Assembly (NCBI GenBank): GCA_905178155.1
Contig: CAJINV010000005.1
Location: 5,550,279 to 5,614,278 of the forward strand
DNA: 64,000 nt
Direction: 5' to 3'
From: Amoebophrya sp. A120
Lineage: Eukaryota > Protista > Dinoflagellata
Translations under genes and position numbers: made by a program
Notes under the pieces: generated by a model
Told to the model about the DNA's origin: nothing
The model's database searches: none
What the model saw: only the letters and a program-made list of their open reading frames with translations
Shown here: positions 48,969-61,288 of the stretch, piece by piece
Position numbering within the stretch: the first letter of the stretch is position 1
Layout of the letters: each line of letters opens with the position of its first letter

Positions 48969-51748
48969 ATGGCATCAACTCCTTCTAGTGAAGAAGTTTC
49001 AGCCGTTTCAGTGGCGCCCGAGGCGGCGGGTGCAGGCGAATTATATCCCAAAGAGAATAACCGACCGCACGTGGAACCTGCATCTTCTTCGTCCACTGTA
49101 AGAACATCGCCGCAGCTACTTCGTCAAACTCAAACTCGTCTGCGCACACTGAAAGTTCACTCCGCCGCAGCTCTTGAAAAAATCTGTAACTTTTACGAAA
49201 ACCACAAGTACAAAATTGCGTTTTTCCACCTCCAGATCAGCCTCGTTTGTTACGGGCTGTCGTTGGAGGGGGGGACATATGAACTGCAAAAGTATCGCAC
49301 TCGTATAAAAATAAATGCATGACAAATTCCGTCAGCATGAGAAATAAAGTTTGTAGTGCGGATTTAGCTTGAGAAAAAAACTTGTAATGCATGATTGCAA
49401 TACGAGTGCGTTAACGCTGTACCAACCGGCGCAGAGTAGAATGTTGACCAATTGTTGACGATATTGGGACGGACAGGGTTTTTCAAAAAGCAGCGCTCCT
49501 GTTCGAGAGCACGCGCGGGCATTGCGGGAGCCAGAGCTCGTTTTGGCATTGCAAATTAGGCCCACCGTTGTGCCCCGCAGCGCACTCCCATGGTTCCCCG
49601 CGATAGAGTCTCGCCTTGGTGTGGCACCAAAACAAGCTACGCCTATACACCGGCACAGGACTGGGGAGAGATTGGAGTGGCCTGGTGTGGGTTTTGGAAT
49701 TAAGATCGTCGATTTGGAATTGCGATCAGCGATTTGAAATGGAGATCGCCCATTTGAAATGCCGATCAGGCATTTGAAATGGCGATCATCAATTTGAAAT
49801 CGCGATCACCAATTTGAAATCGCGATCACCAATTTGAAATCGCGATCATCAATTTGACATCGCGATCATCAATTTGAAATCGCGATCAGTGGGTCTGGCC
49901 CAATTTGGGACGAAGATCATGGTCTCCGGCTCAATTTGAAATGGAGGTCAGAAAAAGGTCCGAATTAGGTCAGAATTAGGTCAGAAATTCCGTCCCTATG
50001 TTTACATTCTGGATTTCTGACCTAATTCGGACCTGTTTATGACCTCCATTTGAAATTGAAAAGCTTGGCGTCAAAATCTGAAAGGTTGCGTCTTCACAGA
50101 AGCGTTTTTTTTCTCCTCGGGACATTCTCCTTGCCCGTTCGGTCGGTCTCGAATTTTTTTACTGGGTGGGCGCCTGGCACTGGCGAAAATTTTCGCTCGG
50201 CGGCCCTTCGGGCCGCCATCAACGTTCTTCCTCTTTACCTTTGCATTCTACATCTGCCAGCTTTCTGTGCTGCTATCTGTTGGCCCTTGGAAGCCGGCAG
50301 TCGTCGGCCTTTCATTCCCCTGGGTCGCCCTAAGTAGATGTGAAAAGGAACGCCCCGGGCAATGGTGTGGGGGATGATGGCCGTACTTTCGCAGCTTTTG
50401 TTTTAGGTTCTGCCCAAGCGGTAGAACACGTTAAAAACACGCGCGCTAGCCCTGCCGCCAAGTCCCGCCCCGCCCGGCCATGGCTTGGCCATATGACCGG
50501 TTTGGGGCGCCCAGAATCAGGAAAAGCTGGCCGTCCCAAATCCGTCCCAAATCTGTCACAATTTAAATCACAAACCGCATGGTATGACGTTAAGAGTGCG
50601 ATTATACTTTTGCAGTGCATAGGACAAGGGAGGAAATCGAGCAGTCAACGGAACTGTTGCAGCAGCTCTACCTCCGGTTTTTGTTCGCGTTTTTTTTTGG
50701 ATTTTTTGCCTTTGCGGTCCTTTTCCACGGCGTTTTTTCTGCGCTGATCTACGAGTGCGTGGTGCCGAAAATAGCCGAGGTCTGTTTGCCGGAGAAGTGG
50801 AGAGGAAGGGTTGGAGGAGGTGAAGATGGTCTGCTTGTTGTTCCGAGCAGGACGAGTTCAACATGTTCTTGCAACACCTTGTGCGGAAACAGGAGAAAAA
50901 GTAGCAGAACAAAGTCGAGTTCATCTGCAGAGGACGAGGAAAAATCCCTCCAGATGAAGCAGAGCCGCGTGGTTCTCAGCACCATGGCCGCAGGAGGTTC
51001 TTCTACTTCGGGAGAAGGTCCTCTACACAGCTGCACGGCGAGAAGCTTGAACGCCAACAACCGACACAAGCAAGACCCAGACGATGTTGTAGTAGAGGCG
51101 CAGCAGGTAAAGGTTCAGATAGCGCTAGCAGGGACCACAGCAGACGAAGAGGACGAGAGGAATATTTTCGTCGAGTTGTGGTCATCAAGCAGTCCAAGTA
51201 CACAGGAACAAGACATAAAGCCACGAGAGGACGAAGAGGAATTTCACTCGGCGACCTCGAATGAGGATGAAAGCGCACAACTAGGACAACGACCGCGGAA
51301 GGTTAATGGAGAAGGAAATCCACTAGAAGAAGACCTAGACCTACAGAAGCTGCCATTATCTTCCGCAACTCCCATCGACCGCAACAAGCAGCTGCACTCA
51401 GACGTACCACTGCCACGGGAGGTAGACACCGACCCGCTAGCAGAGGCACAGCGGCAGCAGAGGAGGCTTGAAAATAAAAAATCATGTCCCCCGTCGTGGT
51501 ACGCGCTCCAGATCCAGCTGTTCCTCGAGAAATTTTCTATGAAGGTGAAAACCACAACAGACAGCCTATCCCAAGCAGCCATCGCCGCAGTACTGCTTTC
51601 TTTCGGGCTGCTTGAGTTCACCGTCATGTTTCTGCTGCAAGACCACGGCTCGACCTACGAAAATCACGGAAAGCTGAACTTCCTCGCCTTTACCCTACTA
51701 CTCGCCGGGTGCCTGTTACTCGTTTTGCCGATTTCGCTGCAACCGTAG
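48969..51748 (+). CDS. Hypothetical multi-pass membrane protein
   Basis: Exon 48969..49277 joins ORF 50615..51748 (EGGT-REEIE); several hydrophobic segments; 3' end uncertain. Confidence 0.6.
49411..50593. mobile_element. Non-autonomous TIR DNA-transposon-like element, 7-bp TSD
   Basis: gagtgcg duplicated (49404-49410, 50594-50600) but single in other B copies; ends ttaacgctgtacca / tggtatgacgttaa; no transposase-like ORF seen. Confidence 0.8.
49691..49890. repeat. 20-bp tandem array, 10 units (consensus aatttgaaatcgcgatcayc)
   Basis: Exact 20-nt period read directly. Confidence 0.95.
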
Positions 51749-51751
51749 GAA

Positions 51752-51911
51752 TATGCAGTGCAAAAGCATCGCACTCGTATAAATGCATGACAAAAAATTC
51801 CCGCCTCAGCGTCAGAAATGAAATTTGTAATGCGGATTTACCTTGAGCAAAAAAGTTGTAATGCACGACTGCAATACCAATACGAGTACAGTACTTTATT
51901 TGCACAGGATA
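51752..51911. mobile_element. Introner family B
   Basis: Family-B TIRs; TSD aggaa. Confidence 0.88.
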
Positions 51912-51965
51912 AGGAAACGGAAAGAATCTTCAGAGGCGACCACGTAGGTCGTCGTGTACGGAGAG

Positions 51966-52182
51966 TATGCCAGTGCACAACTCCCCCTCCCCCTCATTTG
52001 AATCGCATGAGCAGCAACACAAGCCACGCCAGCAATGTGGCTTCCGCATGACAAAACTGCAGACGGATTGTAGTACTGTTTGAGGCTCCAAAATTTGTCA
52101 TGCAAACTGTGCTCGAAGGCAAGACGTGGCCTTGGTATTTTGCATTACAAATGAGGGCAAGGGGGAGTTGTGCACTCTCATA
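51966..52182. mobile_element. Introner family G
   Basis: tatgccagtgcacaactccccct / agggggagttgtgcactctcata; TSD gagag/gagaa. Confidence 0.88.
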
Positions 52183-52313
52183 GAGAAAGTAGAGCAACGT
52201 GAAGATGCTTCATGCTTTCAAGAAAAAGATAAACAGATATTTATGAAGAACTCGATGCACATATTCAAAAATAACAGGATGAGCAAAAGTGTGGAATCTA
52301 ATTTTCAGGCCCC

Positions 52314-55300
52314 ATGGCATTGTTCATCGCGCCACTTTTTGAAAGCATCAAGAAAGAATTGCTCAACTACTTAATCACAACTCTGTCACGTCGCGCTTTC
52401 TATCTGAAAAACCGAGATTGCCGGTGGAGGATTCTCGTCTTCCTCTTCTGCTACTGCTTGCCGTTTTCCATCCACTGTGCGGTATGCAATGTAAATTTCC
52501 CGTACATGTACAAAATGCATGACAAATTTCGCTAACTTGCAGTGTCCAACTTGTCATGCTAGACTAGGACTGAAGGCAAGTTTTGTCATGCAGAGACTGC
52601 ATTTGTACGTGTGCGGGACATTTACTGTGGATATGCGGCCACACTACCCTATTACGTTGACTTGTGGCCGCAAGGCGTCGGGTATGACACTGCACAACTC
52701 CCCCTCCCCCTTATTTGCTTAGCATGAACGGCAATACAGGCGTCCGCAACAAGAATGCAGGTTTTACATGACAAATTTGCAGAGGAGTGCAGTGCTATTT
52801 GGGCTGCCAGAACTTGTCATGCAAAAAGTGCCGGGAGGCAAAAGGTAGATTTGGTATTTTGCATTACGAATGAGGGGGAGGGGGACGGAGTTGTGCACTC
52901 TCATATCGGGCTGCACTTAGACTTCGACGATGAACAATATGGAAATTTCTGCACGGTCCGAAAAACCACGCCCTGGATAACGATCGTGCCTTTCCGCATG
53001 AACTTTCTGTTTTCGGACACGAGGTGTCGCAGTGTTGATCGATCGAAATTGGGATTTTTTGTGAGGAAAAAAGAGATCAAAGGGACGGCGGAAACCGGTG
53101 CGCATCGGGTGCTGCTGGTGGATTTCGAGTTGATAAACGCGGGCAGAAGTTCGGCAAATCCCGCAAGAACAGCAAGTACAGTCGCAGCGAATTATCCTGT
53201 TGCGCAGGCAAGTGTTTCTAGTTCTACCACACTAAGCGTAACAAGTGACCCAACAGCCAACTACAGTTCCGTCGTTGATGGTGTGGACCCCTTGAAACAG
53301 CGGGCGCTCGCGTTGCAACGTGAACTACTCGCCCGGACTGCCGTCTTTCGGACAGGGAGTGGGAGGAACGATGCAAATGGCTTTTGCGACATCTTCTTGA
53401 CCGAACCACAGCCCAGCGACCGGGCGGAAGAGCACAATCTGTATGGAGCGCTCTACCGACACGGTGGGGAGGTCACGGAGGTTTTGACGCTGCGAAACAG
53501 TCGCGACGACATATCTACTTCCGGCGGTGCAAGTGCGGATGTCCTCAATTTGGACACATATAAATCGACGACATCTACTTCAGATGGACAGGCGAAAATT
53601 ATACCGGTTTTTGTGCAGGTTGTATCAGCCGGCGGAGCATCAAGCCCTGCCGCGACCAGGGGGGGCACCAGCACGTCTACAGTTATTTTTATCTCTGCCT
53701 ACAACAGCCATGCGGTCGGAAGTACTTCGAGCCGCAATACCACAAAAAATGCAACATCAGTTGTTTTGGAGCAAGCAGATGATCCCGCCGGAGAAGCGGC
53801 CGCAATGAGCTCCACAGGAGCTGGAGCTGCAAACGCGACCTCCATGTTCTTGCAGACGGTGAACCACACTGCCCTGCGTCCGTTTGTCCACCCGGATTTC
53901 TCCCTTCTTGTCCAAGTCACAACAAGGGCAAACGACACAGCTTTATTGACAAACCTGACTGAGCGGGCTACTTCCCATTCGAAGAACAGCTCGTCCTCCG
54001 TGGACGCAGAGCAGTGGCTTCAGCGGCAGATTGAAATCCTGGAATTTGTATTGGCAGTCGCGCATGAAAATGTGGATCATGAAGCTAGTACAACATCATC
54101 ATCGAGTACAACAACTGTGGAGGCAAGTAGAACAAGTACGGCTTACGCAAGTACTAGCACACGGCGGGGCCGCACAGAATTAGAATTGCAGAAGATCTCG
54201 CTGGTCCTGTCGTCCACCAAATTTCAAAGAGCAACCTTCATCAAAGTCTCCTGTAACCACTCGCCGTTTCAACACTTCACGCAGCCGTTCTACCACTACA
54301 GGAACGTAGATGCTGATCCGACGGACACGCCAATCGGGCAAGCGCACGATGGTACAACAGCGGGCGCGACAAGGACGGGGACGGGCGAAACCTCGGGAGC
54401 CCCTTCGCCATCTTCTACTTCGAGTGGCGGTACTATCCCGACCTACAACCATTTACCCATTCTGATCCTCGTCATCGACGCGATTGGGCGGGCCGAGTTC
54501 GTGCGAAAATTTCCCAAGTCGTTTGAGTTTCTGAAGAAAATGCAAATGGAACAAACCGAGTCCGGCACTTCTACATCTCCAAGTACAAATACAGCGGGTA
54601 GAAATCTTCAAGATCAAGAGCCGCCCACGTACCACCTTTTCGACTTCTATGGATGTGTCAGAGTTGAAATCGACAAAGTTGAAAAAACTTGTAATGCATA
54701 AAATGCGATGCAAAAAGTGACTCTATTGCAGAGGACGCAAGGGAGGTAGATTATAGTCCTGGTAAGGGTCAAAAGTTGGACTGCTGACTAGCATGACAGA
54801 AGGCAGCTCTTTTGCCCTAAACCGCATGACAGACTCGCTGTCAGGACCGGGAAAATTTGTTATGCACCGACTACAAACTGCAGGTCTAACTGGCATCCAT
54901 TTTATGCATGGTAAATTATTTCAACTCTGTCGATTTCAAACCTGACACTCCCATAACTTCGTGCGACACCAGGCAAGCGGGTTTGCGACCTACCAAAATG
55001 TCGTCGGCATGTTCTACGGCTCAACTGCCTACAACCTCGAGCAGTGCCCTGTGTTTTGGAGTCACAGCGCAAATTCTTCCGTCGTGATTAGCTCTCAAAT
55101 GAACGAGACCGATTGGATTCGGAAAAGGATATGTGTTGCAAAAACTTATCGTGCTGGTACGTAATTCGAATTGCAATAGTGAGCATGGCATATTATGGAC
55201 GAATTTGTCATTGGTATTGGATTCGGAGTCCGAGTCGGATATTTTTCGGAGCCGCAACCGGAACAAGGAGGTCTGTCTTGCTCGTGTTGCATCATGTTCC

Positions 55301-57938
55301 TTGCGATTACAGTACGAGCACGATATTCTTTTTGCACAGGATGAAAGATTCTGCTTCCCGACTTCGACAAAGACGCAGGGAAAACGGAGACCGTGTCATT
55401 ATTACCCTCATCGAAAAGTAGAACGTTACACCGGCAAGTCCGGAAGCGTTTCAAAGCGGATCTCGGTGGTGCGAACGTTTTCGAAATCACTACTGTGGGT
55501 AAAAACGTTTCCACCCCATAGTGAAGTTGGTGAAATCCCAACACAAGTCTCCAAGTTTTGGGAGTTGTGCATGACAAGTCTTCATCTGCGGCGTAGTGCT
55601 GGTTAGCCAGGGAAGCTGCCGCATGAGAAAGCCACTTTCTCATCCTCTTTGCAGCAATACAAATCCCAAAACACGATAGAAAACGCGTTTCATGGATTTG
55701 CGCATTACATAATGTTCCAGTCATAGCACATTTGCATGACAACTCTGGGACCTTCATAGGGACGCTTTTGCTGAGGATAATCACCTCTCCCTTCGGCACC
55801 GAGCCCGAGCTGTGGGACCGGGAAAACCCGTATGATATCTTGAGCGGCGGGGTGTATCCTGTGCATAAGTAATATCGTATTCGTATTGCAATCAGGCATT
55901 ACAAATCTTTTTGGTAAGTCAAATCCGCATTACAACTTTTATTTCTCACGCTGAGGAAATTTCAAGAATTTGTAATGCATTTATACGAGTGCGATGCTTT
56001 TGCAGTTCATAGGGTGTATTCGGCTACCATTCGGTGTCTGCAAGACAGGTTTTCGCACCAGTTTCAACTGGACACGGCCAAGTACGAGCGAGACGATGTA
56101 GTTCTTGCAGAACAAAGAGCTAGTGGTCCGGAGGATGATCCCCGTCCTGAGGAAAGTGAGCAAGAGGAAAAGGGCTTCTCGTTTGACCAATTGATCTTGG
56201 AGGAACTGAAGGCAAGGAGAAGTACAAGTAGAGCTCTTCCTTTACTTGCGTCTGCGTGGTCGGGCAGCAGTAGTTCTACATCATCGACGCAAGAGTCGGA
56301 GGACAAAATATCACCAAAGCCGCCGCGACAGACCCGGCGCCGCCCCGCAGTTTCGATCCACTGGTTCTTGGAAGCGCACGAAGTGACCCGAGCGGTTGTG
56401 GAGACTATGGATGAGCATTTGTTGCGGTATTTGCAAACCATATTTGGTGATGGTGGTGGAACACGTAGAAGTTCTGTCGCCAACTCTACCGCAATCTTTC
56501 TTCTCTCTGACCACGGGAACCACCTAGGGGCCTACCCCGCTGTCTTTGATAACGGATTCGTCGAGATGAGTAATCCTCTGTTGCTCATGTCGCTGCCGAG
56601 GTGGTATAACGTTCTGACAACTACATCAAAAAGTACCGGAGATGGCGCTTCAAAAAACTCTTCCTTTACTATGCAGTCCCTGCTCCGACGTTTGCGGCAG
56701 CACTACACGACGCACTTCGATTATCCAAGAAAAAAGCATATATAGGAGTAACTTTTTTGGAGGAATAGCATTACAAATTTGTCTGACATGACAGCAAAAA
56801 CCTGTCATGCGCAGATAGTACGTGAAAACGCCCTTTAATGGACCCTGCGATGCATGCCAAGCATGACAGACGCAATCATCTTTCATGTTGAGCATCACAA
56901 ATTTACACTAACAACGTTTTTTTCTTGGATATCGATTTGTACGAGACCTTTGTCGACATCGTACGCACTCTATGCAATACAAATTTTTAGTCCCGTACTT
57001 ACATGTAGCACAAGATGCATCACAAATTTCGCCAGTTTATTGGGGTCTACAACTTGTCGTGCTAAACTAGGGCTGAAGCAGCTAAGGTTTGTCCTGCACA
57101 AACAGCATTTGATTGTGCGTTGTGTGCGGGAGTATCAAATTTACTTTCGATACACTCCGATTTGGAAGCAGGGGGTGCTAGATTGGAAACTTCAGCGAGG
57201 GATCTCTTTGTCCGCGGAAGAAGACTATGCTGTGCAAAAGTATCGTACTCGTAGTACTTAATCGCATGTATGCATGACAAATCTCTTTTTTAAGGTAAAT
57301 CAGCATGAGAAAAAATTCCATTTGTCATGCTGAGCAAATTTGTGATGCGATTACTACTAGTAAGATGCTTTTGCAATTCATAAAGACCTTTTGCCAGCGA
57401 CCGAACTGACGACGCCACCTTTGGAACTACGGTGCAGCGCTTTCGTATGGGAGTGTCAGGATTGAAATCGTCAGAGTTGAAATAGTTTGCCACGCATAAA
57501 ATGCAAGGCGTGAGGTGCCTGTCTTGCCGGGATGGCAAGCGAGGCAGATTGTGAGCCTATTTTTTTAGGATTTGAAATAGAGCTGCTAAAAGAGCATGAC
57601 AAAAGCAGTCTTCTGTGCCCATACAGCATGACAGATTGGATTCCGGCGCTCCGAAAATTTGTCAAGCGCCGCCTGGAAATTGGGGTTCCAACTGGTATTC
57701 ATTTTATGCATGACAAATTATTTCAACTTTGACGATTTCAATCCTGACACTGCCATAGTTCGGCCGAAGTTTCTTTCGCCAGGCAGCGTCGCTGTCAACG
57801 GATCTAAGTGGCGGGGCGGGGGCGGGGGACCAGTTCTTGAAGCGGCTCAACCAAATCAGATTCGGTGGAGCAACCGGCACGCATGTCATGGGTATCCTCA
57901 CAGGAAACAAGGTCGTTGAAAAACTGCTTCAGTTGTGA
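52314..57938 (+). CDS. DUF229-like (alkaline phosphatase/sulfatase superfamily) membrane protein with 10 introners
   Basis: Rejoined motifs LPILILVIDAIGRAEFVRKFPKSFEFL; IFLLSDHGNHLG..GFVEMSNPLLLMSLPRW; HYTTHFD-LYETFVDI; RGISL; start and end approximate. Confidence 0.7.
52483..52633. mobile_element. Introner family J
   Basis: tatgcaatgtaaatttcccgtaca / tgtgcgggacatttactgtggata; TSD tgcgg. Confidence 0.88.
52683..52905. mobile_element. Introner family G
   Basis: Family-G TIRs; TSD tcggg; join GVG-LHLDF. Confidence 0.9.
54648..54955. mobile_element. Introner family E
   Basis: Family-E TIRs; TSD acttc; join LFDF-VRHQ. Confidence 0.9.
55130..55343. mobile_element. Introner family B (diverged)
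   Basis: TSD aagga/aaaga; join RKR-ILLPD. Confidence 0.78.
55491..55779. mobile_element. Introner family D (diverged)
   Basis: tactgtgggtaaaaacgt / acgcttttgctgaggata; TSD atcac; join FEIT-SPFG. Confidence 0.8.
55855..56011. mobile_element. Introner family B (reverse orientation)
   Basis: TSD gggtg; join SGGV-YSAT. Confidence 0.9.
56722..56931. mobile_element. Introner family F
   Basis: tatccaagaaaaaa / tttttttcttggata; TSD tcgat; join THFD-LYET. Confidence 0.9.
56971..57152. mobile_element. Introner family J
   Basis: Similar to 52483; TSD cactc; frame restored. Confidence 0.85.
57226..57382. mobile_element. Introner family B
   Basis: Family-B TIRs; TSD aagac. Confidence 0.88.
57446..57757. 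mobile_element. Introner family E
   Basis: Family-E TIRs; TSD tttcg/gttcg. Confidence 0.9.
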
Positions 57939-59607
57939 TGTTCTTCTCTTTTCTTGTTGTGTTGTTCTCCTCTTTTCTTGTAACCGGGTCATCAGGACGA
58001 GGTTCTTGCTGTTGTCGCATTGACAGCACTGACTGCATGTTGGCCTCCCAAAGTTTCCACCTTGTGCTGCGAGAGAAAAAAAAAACCACGCGCGGCAAGA
58101 GGTCCATGCATGCAAAAATAGCGAGAGGTGAAACTCAAATCTTACTTGCCCACAGATGTACGTAGTGAAGCACTTTTTCCATGGGAAAAACGGCCAACTT
58201 ATCAAAGCGAAAAGGCAAAGGCTACTGTTGATTACGATCAGTTCCTCCACGACCAGTGGCAGTTCAAGTGATGTTAAGTAATACGAGGCAAGATCAAGAA
58301 CTACATGATCTCTGCCTCTGGTCACGATTGGGCCCTTGTACGATCACGACTTTCATCCTCTTTCGGCCCTTCATCTTCATCTTCAAATCTCGTAATATTC
58401 TTGCAATGATATGAAATGCAGGAAGCGCGGCGCTGCCACCTGCGATGGATGCTGATGTTGGTCCAACAGCACCATGGGCCTCATTCGGGCGTGATGGTAC
58501 ATATCAAAAGTAGGCCTTTTCGTTTTCATACAACTGCGGAAGAGCTGCATGTGTGAAGAGTGTGAACTTTTTGAGACGTGAGACACTATAATTCATATTT
58601 TCAGAAGAGTCCTCTGTATCTGTATCTGTTAGGGTACAACTTGTTTTCTACTGCGTGTGAACTACAACGCTGTTCGTGTTCTCGAACACTGGGCGTGGAC
58701 CACGTGGGTTGCGTTCCTCGCTCGCTCCTGATCTACTAGGCCTCCTGGTCGTGGCCAAAATGAAAACAAGAGCAGATCGGGCAACTGCTCCTGGCCCCTC
58801 TTCTTCAGCGGAGATGAGTACTGAAGTGGTCCTTGCTCAGCACAAAGGATCAGATTTGTAAGTCCAGTTCGAGTTCGTTCGAAGACAGCATAAATAAAAT
58901 CATGATCAAAAAATTATTTGTAAAGTCTAGTGCGAGCAGCAGTCTCATCAAATCTAACGGCTCTGTTCTGCCCTTGAGATCGATTGAAGAAGCCAACATA
59001 AACATTCCAAGAGTTGTCCGATTTGGTCGGTTTGAGGCTCAGCTAGTTTTAAATAAAATCTATGGAATAAATGTGCACACGATCATCTTCCGCTACAACG
59101 AACTTTCGTGGAAGTATGGAGGACTGCGTCGAAATTATGACGAGCTCCTCGTGAAGATCCAAGTAGTTGTAAGCCTGTAATGTGTGAAGGTGATTCTTTT
59201 GATCTGGTTCCGAATGATGTTCAGGAAAAATCATGATCAACATCACATGACGATGCTCTGGGGCAATATAATTAGAACAGCTAAATGGAGGCTTGTTTTC
59301 TGCCTCCTCCACATCTCGCCCGCTTCCTCTTTCAGTAATATAGCTTCCCGGTAAGTAAACTTCTGCTACTTCTAAATCAGCACAGGAAAGTTGTTTTTCG
59401 TGGAGGTTCTTTGCCAGCGCAGAGGATTTTCTTTCTGATACAACAGCTCTTCTTCAAAACTATTTCCCTGTAGTCCACCACATTGCACAACGACAACGTT
59501 TATCTTCGCTTAGTGTTAGTTGTATTGTGTTTAGTTTTTTCAGTTCTGTTGTACTCGTCAAGGAAGAAGAGCAGTATCGTAAAACAAAGTAAAAAGGCTG
59601 CATAAAG

Positions 59608-61288
59608 ATGTTCAACAAAATGCACTGTTTCCACCTGTTCCACCTCTCCTGCCTGGGGCAGGGCGTGGGGGCTGTGAGCTTGAGCAGTGCAGGTTCTTCG
59701 GCATCCGCCTCCGCATCCGAGGAACCCCAGAAGCCACTGCATCTATTGGACGCCGTGCGCCTTACGTATTTCCACAGGTACCAGGAAACGCCATCCCAGG
59801 AGGAGCTTGCAGCGGCGTATGCGAATCTGAGCGGAATGGCGGTGCCTCCTCAGGCGATTGGACTGTGGCACTGTGGGTTTCTCAACGGTTTTTTTATACA
59901 AACCGAAATCGCGAGCAACTGGGCAAAGGGAATAGACGACCAAAAGGAACTGCCCCTGCCAAAAGCGCAGAAGGCAATCCGGAGTCTCCTTCAAGCGTAC
60001 GAAATGCTCTCCCTGGCGCACGAGGTAGACGCTTCGCCGCCGACTGGTCCTCGTCGTGATCGCACGTTGCCCTCCTACATACGACATGTCAAGTGCTTTC
60101 CCCGGATCAACAAGAAACAAAATGTTGTAGACGGACAGCTCCCGCGAGCAGGACGAGGTGAACATGAATCACCTCGTTGCCGGCTGCCGGATGTTGGCCC
60201 CGAAGATAGTACTATTACCGCCTCGTCTTCTTCTAGTCGTGCTCCTCCCGGTCCTGCAAGTAGAGGCACAGTAGCAGCACCACAAAAACTGGGAGAGCTC
60301 TTTAGCTCAGACGCCAGAGCATTGGCCTTCTTGGTAAAAATTGACCCCGAAGATACGGATAGTCCGAGTGTGGAAGTGAAACGTTTGCTAGCGCGCGTGG
60401 AGAAATTGCAGGCCGCGTTTGAAGAATGGGAGGAAAAAGTTCTGAATGATGCCAGCCTGAGTTCCTCGGCGGAAAAAGACCAGCAGAACTTCTTCACTCG
60501 GAAAGGGGAGGACGAGTGGGAGAGCACCTTCTTTTGGTTCGAGTTCTGGCAGCTCCGGAAGATTGCTGCTTGGGTATGAAAGTGCACATTCCGAACGCCC
60601 CCTCCACCTCAAGGAAGATGAAGATCCCCTCGTTTTTATTGCTGTATGGCATCAACAAGCTCGAAAATATCATCATGAACATCAGCAGTAGAAGAAGAAC
60701 TACTTCTTGTTACCCCAAACGCCGAGAGGCGGCTTTTGCATTAACGTGACGCATTTTTGTTTTTCTCACACGACGAGTGTTGTCGTGCAGTTGGGCAGCA
60801 CCCACCTGGCAGAATCTGTAGTTTCGCGGCAATCTTCGGTGCCACGAACAACTATTGAAGGGTGTACAACCACTTAGCACGACTTCGCATGACAGATCGA
60901 TGAGGGGAGGTGACAGGGGCTTGGCGACGAGCTGTGCACGGTCATATTTGGAGATGAAGCGCCTGAAAGATGACCCACACAACTCTGAAGCGCTTCATGA
61001 CTTTTGGACCCTGTACGGGGGCGGCGCCTATTCGACCCTTCCCACCTCAACGGCAAACGAGGGCAAGTGAACAAATTCCACACGACGGAAAAGATGCGCT
61101 GGGAGGTGGTGGTTGCAGAGGAAGTAAATGGAAAGGGGTCGTGTATCATGTCTCTCGTGATATTGATCAAGCCGGAGCAACATCTGCACGTGCTCACGAG
61201 AGCAGAGCTTTTAGGCTACCTAGGTATCTTCACCGATGTGCTGGAAGCTTCGGAGTTCTATCATGGTCAAGCAGCAGCAGCCGTCTAA
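59608..61288 (+). CDS. Hypothetical secreted protein with two decayed introners
   Basis: ORF 59608..60579 has a signal-like N-terminus; joins AAW-EMKRL and GGA-SLVILIK; TAA at 61286-61288. Confidence 0.6.
60575..60946. mobile_element. Introner family G (diverged)
   Basis: tatgaaagtgcaca / tgtgcacggtcata; TSD ttggg/tttgg. Confidence 0.75.
61029..61145. mobile_element. Highly decayed introner
   Basis: tattcgacccttccc / ggaaaggggtcgtgta; no TSD left, but removing element +5 nt restores the frame. Confidence 0.5.

Larger units (their letters stand above)
49278..50621. mobile_element. Introner family B with a nested 1.18-kb element
   Basis: Family-B ends; TSD ggaca; frame restored. Confidence 0.88.

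Noticed and set aside
49691-49890. CRISPR array
   Set aside because: Contiguous 20-bp units with no unique spacers, no cas genes, eukaryotic context
49411-50593. piggyBac-type TTAA target duplication
   Set aside because: Uninterrupted family-B copies have no TTAA here and a single gagtgcg, so TTAA belongs to the element ends
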